Positions 1 to 12,082 of a stretch of 64,000 nucleotides of DNA are shown piece by piece. The DNA is from Octopus bimaculoides. Lineage: Eukaryota. Numbering within the stretch: position 1 is the first letter of the stretch; each line of letters starts with the position of its first letter. A program made the position numbers and the translations under genes. The DNA is taken from positions 8,604,839 through 8,668,838 of the forward strand of contig NC_068982.1 of assembly GCF_001194135.2 (NCBI RefSeq), written 5' to 3'. The notes below the pieces were generated by a model. It saw only the letters and a list, made by a program, of their open reading frames with translations, did no database searches and had not been told where the DNA came from.

Positions 1-545
1 TTATTTTGGGTTGTCTTGATCCAGGGTTCAAGGATTTGATTTTGCTGCATTCGGTTATTTACTTTGTTGTTACATACAGCTTCTTTTTGTTTGTTATTTA
101 TTGTTATTTGTTTGTTCGTTAAGCACTCGTTGTTTTTTGCAGGATTTACACATATCCGTACCGTATAAATTTCGACTTTGAAAATACATCTACTTCAACT
201 TAGTCATTCGTAACAGAGTGCTAAGTTAAGGTTAAACTGAATTTGTTATCAAATTCTATACGAGAATATGCTAACAGACTTGCGTTTAAGAGTCAAGTAT
301 AGATGTAAAAAATGAATGTAGGTTAGAAATCTTTGTTTAACAATGTTATTGTTGTTTTTATGGCCGTTGTTGTAGCTACTTGTCCTAGCAAGATATGTTA
401 CGTATGAAACCCATATATGGACTCTCAATGTCCTCTCAAATATAACCTAAGATAGCTGCACTTAAAATCTACATGATTAACACCTCCCAGCTTAGCACAG
501 ACTACTTTGCACATATCATTTCCAATTAGAAAATTCTCATTTCAG

Positions 546-684
546 GCAAGATTATCTAAGTGAAAGATATGGAGAACATTGTGTCGCAAGAACTCGGTTC
601 CTTTCTCTGAGAAATTGGTTCGAGCCTGCGTCAGAAGGAAGGCTCATACTTTCATCTCGGGAAGAAAAGAGGGACTTTTTGTGA
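546..684 (+). CDS. Putative 3'-terminal coding exon of an unidentified gene (QDYLSERYGEHCVARTRFLSLRNWFEPASEGRLILSSREEKRDFL*)
   Basis: Acceptor aaaattctcatttcAG at 544-545, 45 open codons from 547 to TGA 682-684, then AATAAA at 842-847. Protein not recognised; the antisense frame is also open, so strand is not proven. Confidence 0.4.
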
Positions 685-2959
685 GCCCATTGAATGGATT
701 GTATCTGCGATTCAAAGATCAATTTTTACAAAACATTGTACTACGTTAATTTTTTCTAAGGTTTATTCTAAAGTTGTATTCGTCTTCGGAATATTCAGCC
801 AGAAATGTGCCAATTTATTTATATGCATCCGGTTTAAATACAATAAATCTGGATTTGCATTGACCATGTTAGAAAGTATCTACTGTCTTCTATGTGTTTC
901 TATCTATACTATACTCCTGTATATCGATCCCGAAATCCACGTTCCCATGAAGCAAGTGATCAATCAGTATAAATTCTGTAGTTGTTCTGATCTAACTAAC
1001 ACATATTTCTTTCTCATACATGTAGATCAAGTCACATTGTTGACAGTGGGGTTTCTCCATTACTGCTAAATGAGATTGAAGTCGAGGCAATGTCCTTTGC
1101 TATTTTCGTGGCTTCTTTTACTATTTTCTGTGATTTGCTTTTTATTAAGTTTAGCCGATGTTCGATGCTTTCTCATTACTCACGTCTTCTAACTTTTAGA
1201 GACGCAAAGCTTTCTAGAAGCTCTTCTTGTCTTAAGAAATATAACAGTTGAGCTTTCTGCAGTGCATCGTTGCTTTTGTTTCTGCTCCCACGACGACTTA
1301 GAATGGTTCTCTGGTTTTGAAGGGTTACAAGGAATTACAATTCATTTCTTTCACCTCCAGGTCGCATATTATTTCTCTTAATCTCGCTTACACCCACTCA
1401 TATTAAAAAAAGTATTAAGCACGGCGTCTGTTCTGAAGTCAATACCTGTGACTTTTCCTGAATCAGATTATTGAACAAATCTCTAGTTTGAACAAAATGG
1501 CAGCCTCAAATTGTAAAAAAACTGATCGTTTGGACATTACAAAATTTCAGTTAAGTCATACAAAAAAAAAATCAATGTTTAGAACGTAAAAATAACAGCC
1601 TAGTCGTGGGACGATTCTTCGAAGGACAGTCTTTGAATTATGCTTCGTCCACTGATGGCTGAAGATAGAAGTCGTGTGATTCGTGGTGGCGGACATGAAA
1701 GAACCGAACATAGACTCTGCCAAATATTCCGTGGTATTGTAGAAACTTCCAATGAGTGCTGACGTGGTTCGTTTCCAATCATGAACGTGGGAAATTAAAT
1801 ATTTTAACATCCAGCAATATACACAGACAAAAACACATGGCCACAAATGGGCCGTCATTTGAACGAAAATTATGCGGTTGTTCGATCATCTGTACGACCT
1901 GCGCATTAATTGATAGGGTGTCAAGACGTAATCATGGAACACACCTACAGAAACCAGTCTTTTTTCCCTAAGGTCGAAGGCGGTCAACTTTTTCGCCGCA
2001 CGCTCTTGGTTTAATTCACCAGGAAAGGAGAAGATGCTCTTTGTGACAATCTGCAGTCCACTTCCTTCATTTTTACACTGTTTTAAATTTCTGAAATCAA
2101 GCGGGAAATATTATAGCATAGAAAGAAAGTGGCTGCCCATCTCTCGGGAACAGAGAGTCACCTCGTGAAGCCTCGTTTAATAACTGCTGGAAATAAGTTG
2201 TACTGTCGGAAGGTCATTTTGCCAATAAAATGCACAACCATTTATATTTCACTTGTTAAATAATTAACTTAGTAAATCAATTTCACGATCAGTCGTTTGA
2301 TAAATCTGTGTTTGTAATTTTCCCGAGTCCTTTTATAACAAACAGGATGTGAATTTATCGCGGGTACGCCTTCATCTGTTCAGCTGTAAGTTTTACACTG
2401 ATTTCTCGCTTATTTTGTTTTAGTATGTATATTTTATAATGATTGGATTGAATATGCGAGCCCGTCATTCAAATTGGATTGGCTTTATATTTTCTGTGCC
2501 CTGGGTTTTGCTGGTCAATATCTATAAATTTATGTTGTGCTTGAATGTGTGTGCTTGTGTGTAAGGAGCGGGCATGCGTGTATATTGTTTATTCAAATAT
2601 TAATTGGTTAGGTAGATCGTGGGGGCTGTTGGCGAGGGTGTTTGTAGATAGGTGTATTGATCTTCTGACATTAGGCTTTTGGTTCTAAATAAATAATAAT
2701 TAACGTATATCAATTTACTCACGCAAGTACTGATTACATACAAACATATATACGCACACGCACACGCGCGCGCATTCACGCATCCATACATATAAATGCG
2801 TATAATTAAATTACGTTGTCGAGGCATCATGTTTCCCTTTGCCATTTCGATACTACACTTATGTTGGTTTCTTAAGCTTGTACTCACACCCCTTTTCGCT
2901 ATATGCCTTCTGGTGGTGCTCTCTTACATCGCCCTGCTAATCATCGCATAGAGTACACT

Positions 2960-3105
2960 ACGTTTCTACAAATAATGATGCTGGTCTACTCCTGTATTAC
3001 CCATCCTCACTTATGCACCAATTACTATTGGTATCATGTCTACTTTCCTCATTGACCACAACCTTTGTATTTCCCACTTGAAATCTTCATAGTTGTTTAA
3101 TTTTT
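2960..3105 (-). mobile_element. R4/Dong-like REL LINE, C-terminal fragment
   Basis: Minus strand reads NNYEDFKWEIQRLWSMRKVDMIPIVIGA, homologous to LAWEVKQLWSMKKVEVVPIIVGA in the adjacent element. Confidence 0.75.
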
Positions 3106-3169
3106 CTTTTTCTTTCACATCATTATTGTTGTTCTTGTTTTTATTATTATTATCATTATTATTGTCTTT

Positions 3170-4219
3170 GCACAGCTTCTAACGCTGGAGATGTACCACG
3201 GTGTCAGCTGTTCACTACCGGTGCTGTTTTTTGCAAATGTTCCACCCTCATTGCAGCCACTATTTGTTACAGGTACTTCTCAAGATTTTTACTCGCTGTT
3301 CTCATGGCTCCGACAATTATTGGCACTACTTCCACCTTTTTCATCGACCACAACTGCTTTACCTCCCATGCTAACCTGTCATATCTATCGACTTTTCTTT
3401 CTTCCTTATCGCATACCTTGTTGTCAGTTGGGCATGCTATATCTATGATCCAGCATCGTTTGCTTTCTTTCTCAATTAACACTATGTCTGGTTTCCTATT
3501 CTCTATCTCATGGTCGCACTGAATCATAAAATCCCATACGATCTTTCTATTACTTTCGAGGAGGCCTTCGGGTTTATGTTCGTACCACTTATTTTGCTCT
3601 GTCAAGTCCATACTTGCTGCAAAATGTCCAAAGGACAATCATTGCTATATTGTCATGACGTCTCTTATATACTTTCTGGGCTAGTGGCGTACATTGACTG
3701 GTAATATGCCATAAGGCTTCACCATTTTGTCCACAAATTCTGCATTTATCATTTTCTGATGTGTTGTCTATTCTGTATTTGATGTAATTCGTTCTTAGTG
3801 CTTGCTCTTGGGCAGCACAGACTAGAGCCTTCATTTCCGGTTTTAAATCACTTTTAGTCATCCATAGCCATCTTTTTTCTCTGTTTCTCTTATCTTCAGC
3901 ATCCCTATGAAATTGTCGTGTAGTCCTATGGTATTAAACTGCATATATTTTTGTATAGACATTCGAGTGTATCCGTAATTAATCAATGTATGTACTTACT
4001 GCTTCATTCAACTTATATTCTATAACTTGTAAACTTCCCGATGTTGATTTCACATGTGTGTTTCGCACGTTTCACTGAGACATCGTCCATGGGAGAAACT
4101 GTGGTTTGTATGGCAGTAACATTTTGTTTTGGTGCTGTTTTTATTTTTTGCGAAAAGGCCGCTTACTTCAAGTCTTCTACAGGTTCCTTTATCCCCTTCC
4201 ACCGATGCTATTAGATTAG

Positions 4220-4225
<6 letters not shown>
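3170..4225 (-). mobile_element. R4/Dong-like non-LTR retrotransposon 3' fragment (CCHC knuckle plus restriction-like endonuclease), disrupted
   Basis: ORFs 3589-3861 (AAQEQAL..CRICG..LWHITSQC..RRHDNIA) and 3267-3638 (WDFMIQCDHEIENRKPDIV..IIDIACP..PIIVGA) carry the zinc knuckle and PD..D motif. Flanked by (AAT)n in element sense on both sides. Confidence 0.9.
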
Positions 4226-4301
<76 letters not shown>

Positions 4302-6014
4302 ATTATTATCCTCATTTGCCAAATAGACACNNNNNNNNNNNNNNNNNNNNNNNNNNNNNNNNNNNNNNNNNNNNNNNNNNNNNNNNNNNNNNNNNNNNNN
4401 NNNNNNNNNNNNNNNNNNNNNNNNNNNNNNNNNNNNNNNNNNNNNNNNNNNNNNNNNNNNNNNNNNNNNNNNNNNNNNNNNNNNNNNNNNNNNNNNNNNN
4501 NNNNNNNNNNNNNNNNNNNNNNNNNNNNNNNNNNNNNNNNNNNNNNNNNNNNNNNNNNNNNNNNNNNNNNNNNNNNNNNNNNNNNNNNNNNNNNNNNNNN
4601 NNNNNNNNNNNNNNNNNNNNNNNNNNNNNNNNNNNNNNNNNNNNNNNNNNNNNNNNNNNNNNNNNNNNNNNNNNNNNNNNNNNNNNNNNNNNNNNNNNNN
4701 NNNNNNNNNNNNNNNNNNNNNNNNNNNNNNNNNNNNNNNNNNNNNNNNNNNNNNNNNNNNNNNNNNNNNTATAAATATATATATATATATGTTCTTCACT
4801 CGTTTATTACTGTCCGTCTTTTAACTCATGTTCATTGTTCGGAAACCTTTCGTCACACATCTCTGACCTCTTCAGCGAAACTTTTTGTTTTCATGTGTGC
4901 TCTTGCTTCATTTACTTCATTCTTCACTTCTATCAAAAAAACAAAAAAACACACAAACAGATACAGAAGAAAATGACCATCCCGAAATATAACATCTGTT
5001 TCAACACACGATTTCATATCAGGAATCTTGCAACACACATTGATAAACGTAATTATTATTAATATCATTATTATTATTATTATAAAAACTATTGTTTATA
5101 TCTCCTTAATATAATTCCTTTTTGTTTGTTTCCTAAGAATCTTTAAAATGTGTTTACTTTATCGATCCTATCGTTTTTTAAATTATGTGGCCTTTCCCCA
5201 TTATAATATATTCATTTCCATTATAGCTAGTGTTTACTCACTGTAGAAAGTATGAAAGAATCTTCTGAGATTTCTATTCTATAGACGGAAGGAACTAGAT
5301 GTTTGTTTCTGTTTTTCTTTTCTCTCATGTTGAAAGGAAACCAGTTGACGAGGAGAGTAGAGAAAGTTAGCATAGTGTTATTGTGAACCTAATCTTCTAT
5401 TGAAGCGTTACAAAGACTCTTTGAAAAACAATCTTAAGCGGTGCAATATCAAATGCTGCTGATTCTAGAGATAGCCCGAAGGAGAAAGCAGTGATTGAAC
5501 GTCACAAGAAAGAATCAGTTTCGTTGTAGAAAGAACTCTGAAAAATCTTTTAGAAGCAAACGAGAAATAATATCTTTGTGTTGGCGGAGGCATTCCTGTT
5601 TCTTATGCGAGAAATATACAGAGACAGTATATGTGATATACGGCGCTGATATGCGTGCTTGCGGGATGTAATTGTACATGTTTCGTTTGTAACAAATATT
5701 TCTATTATGTTTTGAAAATAAAACTATGTAAGCCTGCTTAAATATGTATACTTGGTGTGTTCATCGTTTCTTCACGTGTAAATGCTATTTAGTTAATATT
5801 CTGACAATATATACATGGATAGAAAATGGCGATATATATAACAATTACCAATTCAAAAATTAAAATTTAAAATTTATTAACGTAATACTATATTATATTA
5901 TAAAGTTATAATAATATAACAATATGATAATTGATGAGTATTAAACACAAATTACATATTATTGTTTCGATCCTTATCCATTAAAAATAAGTATAGAAAG
6001 AGAGTGAAAGAGAA

Positions 6015-6326
6015 ACGGCACTCAGTCGGTTATGACAAAAAAGGTTCCGGTTGATCTAATCAACGGAACAGCCTGCTCGGGAAGTTAACATGCAAGTGGC
6101 CGATCACTCTACAGACACTTGTACCCTTACGGTAGCTCTCACAGTGATTCTACGTGACACAGAATGTGACAAGGCTGGTCCTTTGAAAGTACAGATACTA
6201 CTCATTTTTTGCCATCTGAATAGAGTGGAGCAACGTGGAATAAAGTGTGTTGCTCAAGACCACAATGCGCCATCGGGTATTGAACTCAGGACCTTGCGAT
6301 AGTGAACCCGATACCTTAACAACTAA

Positions 6327-6328
<2 letters not shown>
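6015..6328 (-). mobile_element. tRNA-derived SINE, family B (body gatcaacggaacagcctgctc..acagacacgtgtaccc)
   Basis: Same body as copies at 25335, 38135 and 41322; degenerate B-box head at the right end. Confidence 0.8.
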
Positions 6329-6399
<71 letters not shown>

Positions 6400-6427
6400 A
6401 TATATATATATACATACACACAAAACA

Positions 6428-6583
6428 TTCTTTTGCTTTCCATCTACCAAATGGGTTCTCTAGGCTTGGGTCAGCTCTAGTCTATCGTGAAAGACATTTG
6501 CACATTGTGCAACGCAGTCAGACTGAACCGAGAACAATGTCGTTGAGTGGCTAACTTCTTATCAAAGAATCACGCCTGCGCCT
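6428..6583 (-). mobile_element. tRNA-derived SINE, family C, 5' half
   Basis: Reverse complement begins aggcgcaggcgtg, matching heads at 21783, 35953 and 42193. Confidence 0.7.
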
Positions 6584-7314
6584 ATATAAACCCACATATA
6601 TATTTCATCATGGTTAGAGACAATTTATAAAATAGGCGCAATAACATCCATACCAGCAATGCTTAATACCGAATGTATCTATACTAATGATTTTATTTGT
6701 ACCTTTTTGTTATCAACCACGGAACAATGGAATGCAATTTATAATAACCTAGAAATGAGGTTAGCAAATTTTCGGATGAGTTTCCATTTGTGTATTTTTA
6801 AGCTAAAAATAAATCTGTATATTACCTATGAAAGTAGTCAAAAAATCTTATTCTAATATATTAAAATAGTTTTAATGGTGTCCTGTTGCTTGTGTTAGTG
6901 ATAAACCAATGAATTTCTTCCTTGTGTGTGTGCGTGTGTGTAAGTGCATACCTACATACATACATGCGTATATATAATATAGTGTGTGTGTAAATGAGAT
7001 AAAAGTTCGAAACCTTTGAACAATGCAGATAAGGATCTGATCAAATATGTAAGGTGTTGTAAATATTCCAATAAATCAAAACAAGGCGGCAAGACATTGT
7101 ATTACGTTACATAGATTGTTTAATGATGGTATCATTTTTCAGAGGAAGAAAAATAAATCTCTTTTTAACTACACAAAAGAAAATAATGCGAGAATCCGCA
7201 AACATGTATTGTCACACGGTGCCTTAAATCTCGCTACTTACCTGCATTGCTCAAAGTTTTTGTAAACATTAATCTTACATATATTGAAATTTTTGAAGCA
7301 AGATAGAGTAGTCA

Positions 7315-7371
<57 letters not shown>

Positions 7372-7372
7372 G
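7315..7372. repeat. (TCTA)n microsatellite
   Basis: Directly visible tandem array. Confidence 0.95.
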
Positions 7373-8019
7373 CTTGTCTGTCTGTGTTTGTATTAAATAA
7401 TAAAACTAATGGTTTATACCTGGTAGCTTACTGGTAAAACAGTGTCCGTTGTGTATTTGGTTAAAGATAGAAGACTTTCTAAAAATCACTACAATTCTTT
7501 CAACGCATGTAACATAGATTCCTCACGGGTGGGATACTTAACAACTGGTTCAGAAGCATCCGACGATGTAGATGTGTCTCTTGACGTGATAAATAGATAT
7601 AACTCGTTAAAGTAATAGTTCTGCAACGTATCTTCTCATTCGTGTAAAGAAAAGTATGGAATTAAAGGACGTAGCTTCGTTTATATCAATAATAAAAAAA
7701 TAACAGATACAAAAAAAGAAACAAACACGCAATACAATGAAAAATATATTAGATACAACAGTTAAAGGATATGGATATATAGACACCCTTGCGTGGATTG
7801 TATGGCGCATGTACACTCGTTTATACACACATCCGCGAAAATGTAAGCATGCGAAGACGTGTGGTTTTGCACACATGTTCACATAGAGAATTAAATAGCT
7901 ACTTGGCCTGTTTTAAGAATGGGGAGGCTAGAGCTAATTTTAATTCATCCGTACATAAGGTGAATTATGATTATTAATTAGTTTAACGGTTTCTCAAATT
8001 CATTCCTGCTGAATTGTGT

Positions 8020-8560
8020 GAAAGTGCATTTTTATGCATGTAAGTATCTTGGGGGTCTTAGAATATTCTATTAAGGATCTTCTCATTGGTCCACAGAATA
8101 GACAGGGATTCCTCAGTATAGAGGTGGCATCTCCTGGAAATGATATATGGTTAAGCGTGCTTTACAATGGACCAAGTTATCTTTACTTAATTTCATCTTC
8201 CTTAAGTCGTCACATATAATTGGTAAAAGATGTTGAATGTCTTTTACCTGATTTCATTGTAGCTGGCGACATGGCTGCTGCAATAACGATTCTTGAATGA
8301 ATCAACTGTTGCCCCAATGTAAACATACGACCCTCCCCTTATGTGAACGGTACATTTATATACAAGATTTATACTTGTACAGAGGTTCATCAATGGGCAT
8401 CTTGATTTTTCTCTGCGTGATCATTTTTTATATTTATTTGTATATATGGCAGTTGTGACTTCATTCCCCGACGTTGTTACCGTGTTAGCTATATCACGAT
8501 CATCGCTACTAACACGATGTGGCCGTATCTGGTGCTTTTCCTTGCGGTTTACATCTTTCA
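8020..8560 (-). mobile_element. Penelope-like element GIY-YIG endonuclease remnant
   Basis: Minus strand reads CPLMNLCTSINLVYKCTVHIRGGSYVYIGATVDSFKNRY then, after disruptions, KITWSIVKHA*PYIISRRCHLYTEESLSIL. This fits the PLE pattern CPL..C...(I/V)YK..YIG.T..FK.RY..W.I.....CxLC.EE. Confidence 0.8.
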
Positions 8561-8589
8561 TGGTGTTTTGATGTATGTCTTTGTTAGTT

Positions 8590-8900
8590 CCAGGAGTTTG
8601 GTTAGTGAATTATTGTTTCATTTTACTATTATTAATGCATTCAAAAATGGTAGATGAGTTGGTTAGTAAGGGATGTATGAGCCTTTGTTTGAAACGAGTT
8701 GGAAAAGGCACTGGTCCATGGAGCATGCTAATTTCTGGATCTCGTCTTATGTTATACCACGCGATACATCCACTATTGCCTGCCACAGTTCATTCTTGCT
8801 GCCAAATTCGCGACTCTTCTCGTAAATACGTCGCTTTAGAACACTCTATAAGTTTTCTATTGGTTTTAAGTCAAGTGGGGGGGGCAAGCAGGCCACTTAA
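8590..8900 (-). mobile_element. Tc1-type transposase C-terminal remnant
   Basis: Minus strand reads WPACPP..DLKPIENL*SVLKRRIYEKSREFGSKNELWQAI..IQKLACSMDQCLFQLVSNKGSYIPY* (stop 8663-8665), matching Tc1 WP.QSPDLNPIENLW..LKR. Confidence 0.85.
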
Positions 8901-8933
8901 TATATACACACATACATATATATATACATATGA

Positions 8934-8934
<1 letters not shown>

Positions 8935-9008
<74 letters not shown>
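8935..9008. repeat. (TG)n microsatellite
   Basis: Directly visible; source of the spurious poly-VC/poly-HT ORFs. Confidence 0.95.
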
Positions 9009-9010
<2 letters not shown>

Positions 9011-9324
9011 AGTTTTCTATACATTTCAGAGTCAGCAGTGAATGTTATGTTGTTTCGCGTACGAAGACGTCTCTGCAAAGAATGCAATCGAAGCGAGAAA
9101 AGAATATGTAGTAGGCGTACATGGATATTTCAAGAGTTGTTGCTCTTTCCTCTGCAGCACATGAAACGCATCAACCCGCTACGATCACATTGCTTATATA
9201 CCCAACAAGTTTCAAGGTGTAACGCTTTTGGATAGACCAATATACTTATCAAATACCTTCCTGTCCACTGGTACGTAAATATTAATTGCAAGCAACGAGT
9301 ACAGTATTCGCACGCCTCTGTGTT

Positions 9325-9359
<35 letters not shown>

Positions 9360-10646
9360 GTTTGTGTATGTGTGTGTTTTCAAAAGGAATTTTACTGCTA
9401 TTTCCTGTGGAAACATACACAGGCATTCACATAGGTACAATCATATGTATGGTTCTCGGTAACGGAAGAGTAAAGGCTGGTGATAGGAACTGTAGTAAAG
9501 TGTAAGATAATAAGTAAAAATCTAAAGTAAAATATTCATCAGAATATTGTGAATCTTTTAAATCTCTTAAATCGCGATCGCAAGTTGTAAAACAATTTAT
9601 AATTTCAAGAGCTGTACAACCTTCAATTGCAGCTGAATTCTACAGATTAAATATGACTTAATAATCACACACACATTTGTGTGTATGTGTACGTATATCT
9701 GTATGCGTATGTGTGTATCTGTGTATACATACAAGAATACACCCCCCTATATATATATATATATATATATATATNNNNNNNNNNNNNNNNNNNNNNNNNN
9801 NNNNNNNNNNNNNNNNNNNNNNNNNNNNNNNNNNNNNNNNNNNNNNNNNNNNNNNNNNNNNNNNNNNNNNNNNNNNNNNNNNNNNNNNNNNNNNNNNNNN
9901 NNNNNNNNNNNNNNNNNNNNNNNNNNNNNNNNNNNNNNNNNNNNNNNNNNNNNNNNNNNNNNNNNNNNNNNNNNNNNNNNNNNNNNNNNNNNNNNNNNNN
10001 NNNNNNNNNNNNNNNNNNNNNNNNNNNNNNNNNNNNNNNNNNNNNNNNNNNNNNNNNNNNNNNNNNNNNNNNNNNNNNNNNNNNNNNNNNNNNNNNNNNN
10101 NNNNNNNNNNNNNNNNNNNNNNNNNNNNNNNNNNNNNNNNNNNNNNNNNNNNNNNNNNNNNNNNNNNNNNNNNNNNNNNNNNNNNNNNNNNNNNNNNNNN
10201 NNNNNNNNNNNNNNNNNNNNNNNNNNNNNNNNNNNNNNNNNNNNNNNNNNNNNNNNNNNNNNNNNNNNNNNNNNNNNNNNNNNNNNNNNNNNNNNNNNNN
10301 NNNNNNNNNNNNNNNNNNNNNNNNNNNNNNNNNNNNNNNNNNNNNNNNNNNNNNNNNNNNNNNNNNNNNNNNNNNNNNNNNNNNNNNNNNNNNNNNNNNN
10401 NNNNNNNNNNNNNNNNNNNNNNNNNNNNNNNNNNNNNNNNNNNNNNNNNNNNNNNNNNNNNNNNNNNNNNNNNNNNNNNNNNNNNNNNNNNNNNNNNNNN
10501 NNNNNNNNNNNNNNNNNNNNNNNNNNNNNNNNNNNNNNNNNNNNNNNNNNNNNNNNNNNNNNNNNNNNNNNNNNNNNNNNNNNNNNNNNNNNNNNNNNNN
10601 NNNTGTATATATATATATATGTGTGTATGTGTGTGTGTATATATGT

Positions 10647-10686
<40 letters not shown>

Positions 10687-10717
10687 GTATTTATGCATAT
10701 ATATGTATATATACATA

Positions 10718-11980
10718 CAGAGTGCGTTAGTTATTTGAGAACATATATTTTTGCGGTCATTGCTGCATTTTTAGCTAGCTCTGTATAATCTTCGTTTCAG
10801 AAAATAATAATGGCAGACCCTCACCTTACTCAAGAAAGGAAAAGACATGCTGTTATTGTGGTTATAATGGCTGAGCATAGCGATTTAGAAGTATCTCGAA
10901 TTTTAAATGGTGCCAGATCTTTCATCTACAAAGTTTGTAAGAAGTTAGAGACTGAAGATGGAAACGTATCACCAGTATCAAAGCATAAAAGGCATTCTAA
11001 ACACTCTGAAATCATCAGAACACTTGAATGTATCCAGCAAGTTCAACAGGCCATTGATTATAATCCCAGAAATTCCATGCGGTCAATTGCAAAAATCTCT
11101 ATGTGTGAGTAGGAACAGTCAGAAATGTTGTCCACATAGACACCAGATATATGTCTTAGATGATGAGGAAAGGTCAATTTGTCAGAAAAAGTAAAAGAAA
11201 ATCATTACATCAGATCTACAAGGCTCTTAAACAAACTGCAAAATCGAACAGAAGAAGATTTGATTCGGTTTATCTCAAACGAGAAAAACTTCGACCATGA
11301 ACAAAAAGTTAACAGACGAAATGACAGATGGTTATGTGCAGACCCTTCTGAAGTTCCAAATGTTATGCATCCAAGTGTTATGCAACTCTCATGGTTTTAG
11401 AAGTTGTCTACAATGAAGACCATATGATGCCTCCTTACGTCTTTTCGCAAGGCCTTAGAGTTAATTCTGCCGCCTATATTGAGGTCCTGGGAGTAATTGT
11501 TAAGCCGTGGATAGACAGTGTATGCAATGGAAGGCCATATGTGTTTCAGTAAGACTCTACACTATCGCACATGGCTCTAGTAACACAGGAATGGATGGGT
11601 GATAATTTTTATGATCATATAACCCCTAATATTTGGCCTCCTAATTCCCCAGATCTCAATCCATTGGACTATTACATATGGAGCGTTGTTGAGAGAGAGT
11701 TCGGTGAACACGCCCATAACACCAAAGATTCTTTGAAAGCTGCCATATTCAGAATAATGTCCAAAACGAACCAGGACCACTTGATTCAACCTTGCAGATG
11801 ATTTAGATCTGATATAGAAGCAGTTGTTGAAACTGAAGGTGGGTTTATTGAATAACATTATAGAAAAGGAGGTTTATTTTTATCCTCATACCATTTTTTA
11901 ATAAATAAAGTTATCACCTCTTATTATATATCTGCTTTTTTATAAAAATAAATCTGTCCTCAACTATCTTACGTATCCTG
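10718..11980 (+). mobile_element. Full-length, inactivated Tc1/mariner DD37D (maT-type) DNA transposon
   Basis: TA at 10716-17 and 11981-82; degenerate TIRs CAGAGTGCGTTAGTTATTTGAGAACA and (rc) CAGGATACGTAAGATAGTTGAGGACA. Transposase in pieces from 10810, including FQ*DSTLSH..WPPNSPDLNPLDY with 37 residues counted between the second and third Asp. Stops and frameshifts present. Confidence 0.92.
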
Positions 11981-11984
11981 TATA

Positions 11985-12012
11985 TCTACACACACACACA
12001 GACACACACACA

Positions 12013-12080
<68 letters not shown>
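11985..12080. repeat. (CA)n microsatellite
   Basis: Directly visible. Confidence 0.95.

Positions 12081-12082
<2 letters not shown>

Noticed and set aside
1194-1310. Minus-strand exon-like segment RTILSRRGSRNKSNDALQKAQLLYFLRQEELLESFASLKVRR ending at GTGAGT
   Set aside because: Weak acceptor, no recognisable product and no supported neighbouring exon.
7420-7625. Minus-strand frame NYYFNELYLFITSRD..HALKEL**FLESLLSLTKYTTDTVLP with adjacent TAG TGA, which A-to-I editing could convert to Trp-Trp
   Set aside because: No homology recognised, the acceptor is weak, and another frame is similarly open. Stop-restoring editing would be pure speculation without RNA data.
8575-9111. 178-aa plus-strand ORF
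   Set aside because: Antisense to the Tc1 remnant and extended by a (TG)n tract.
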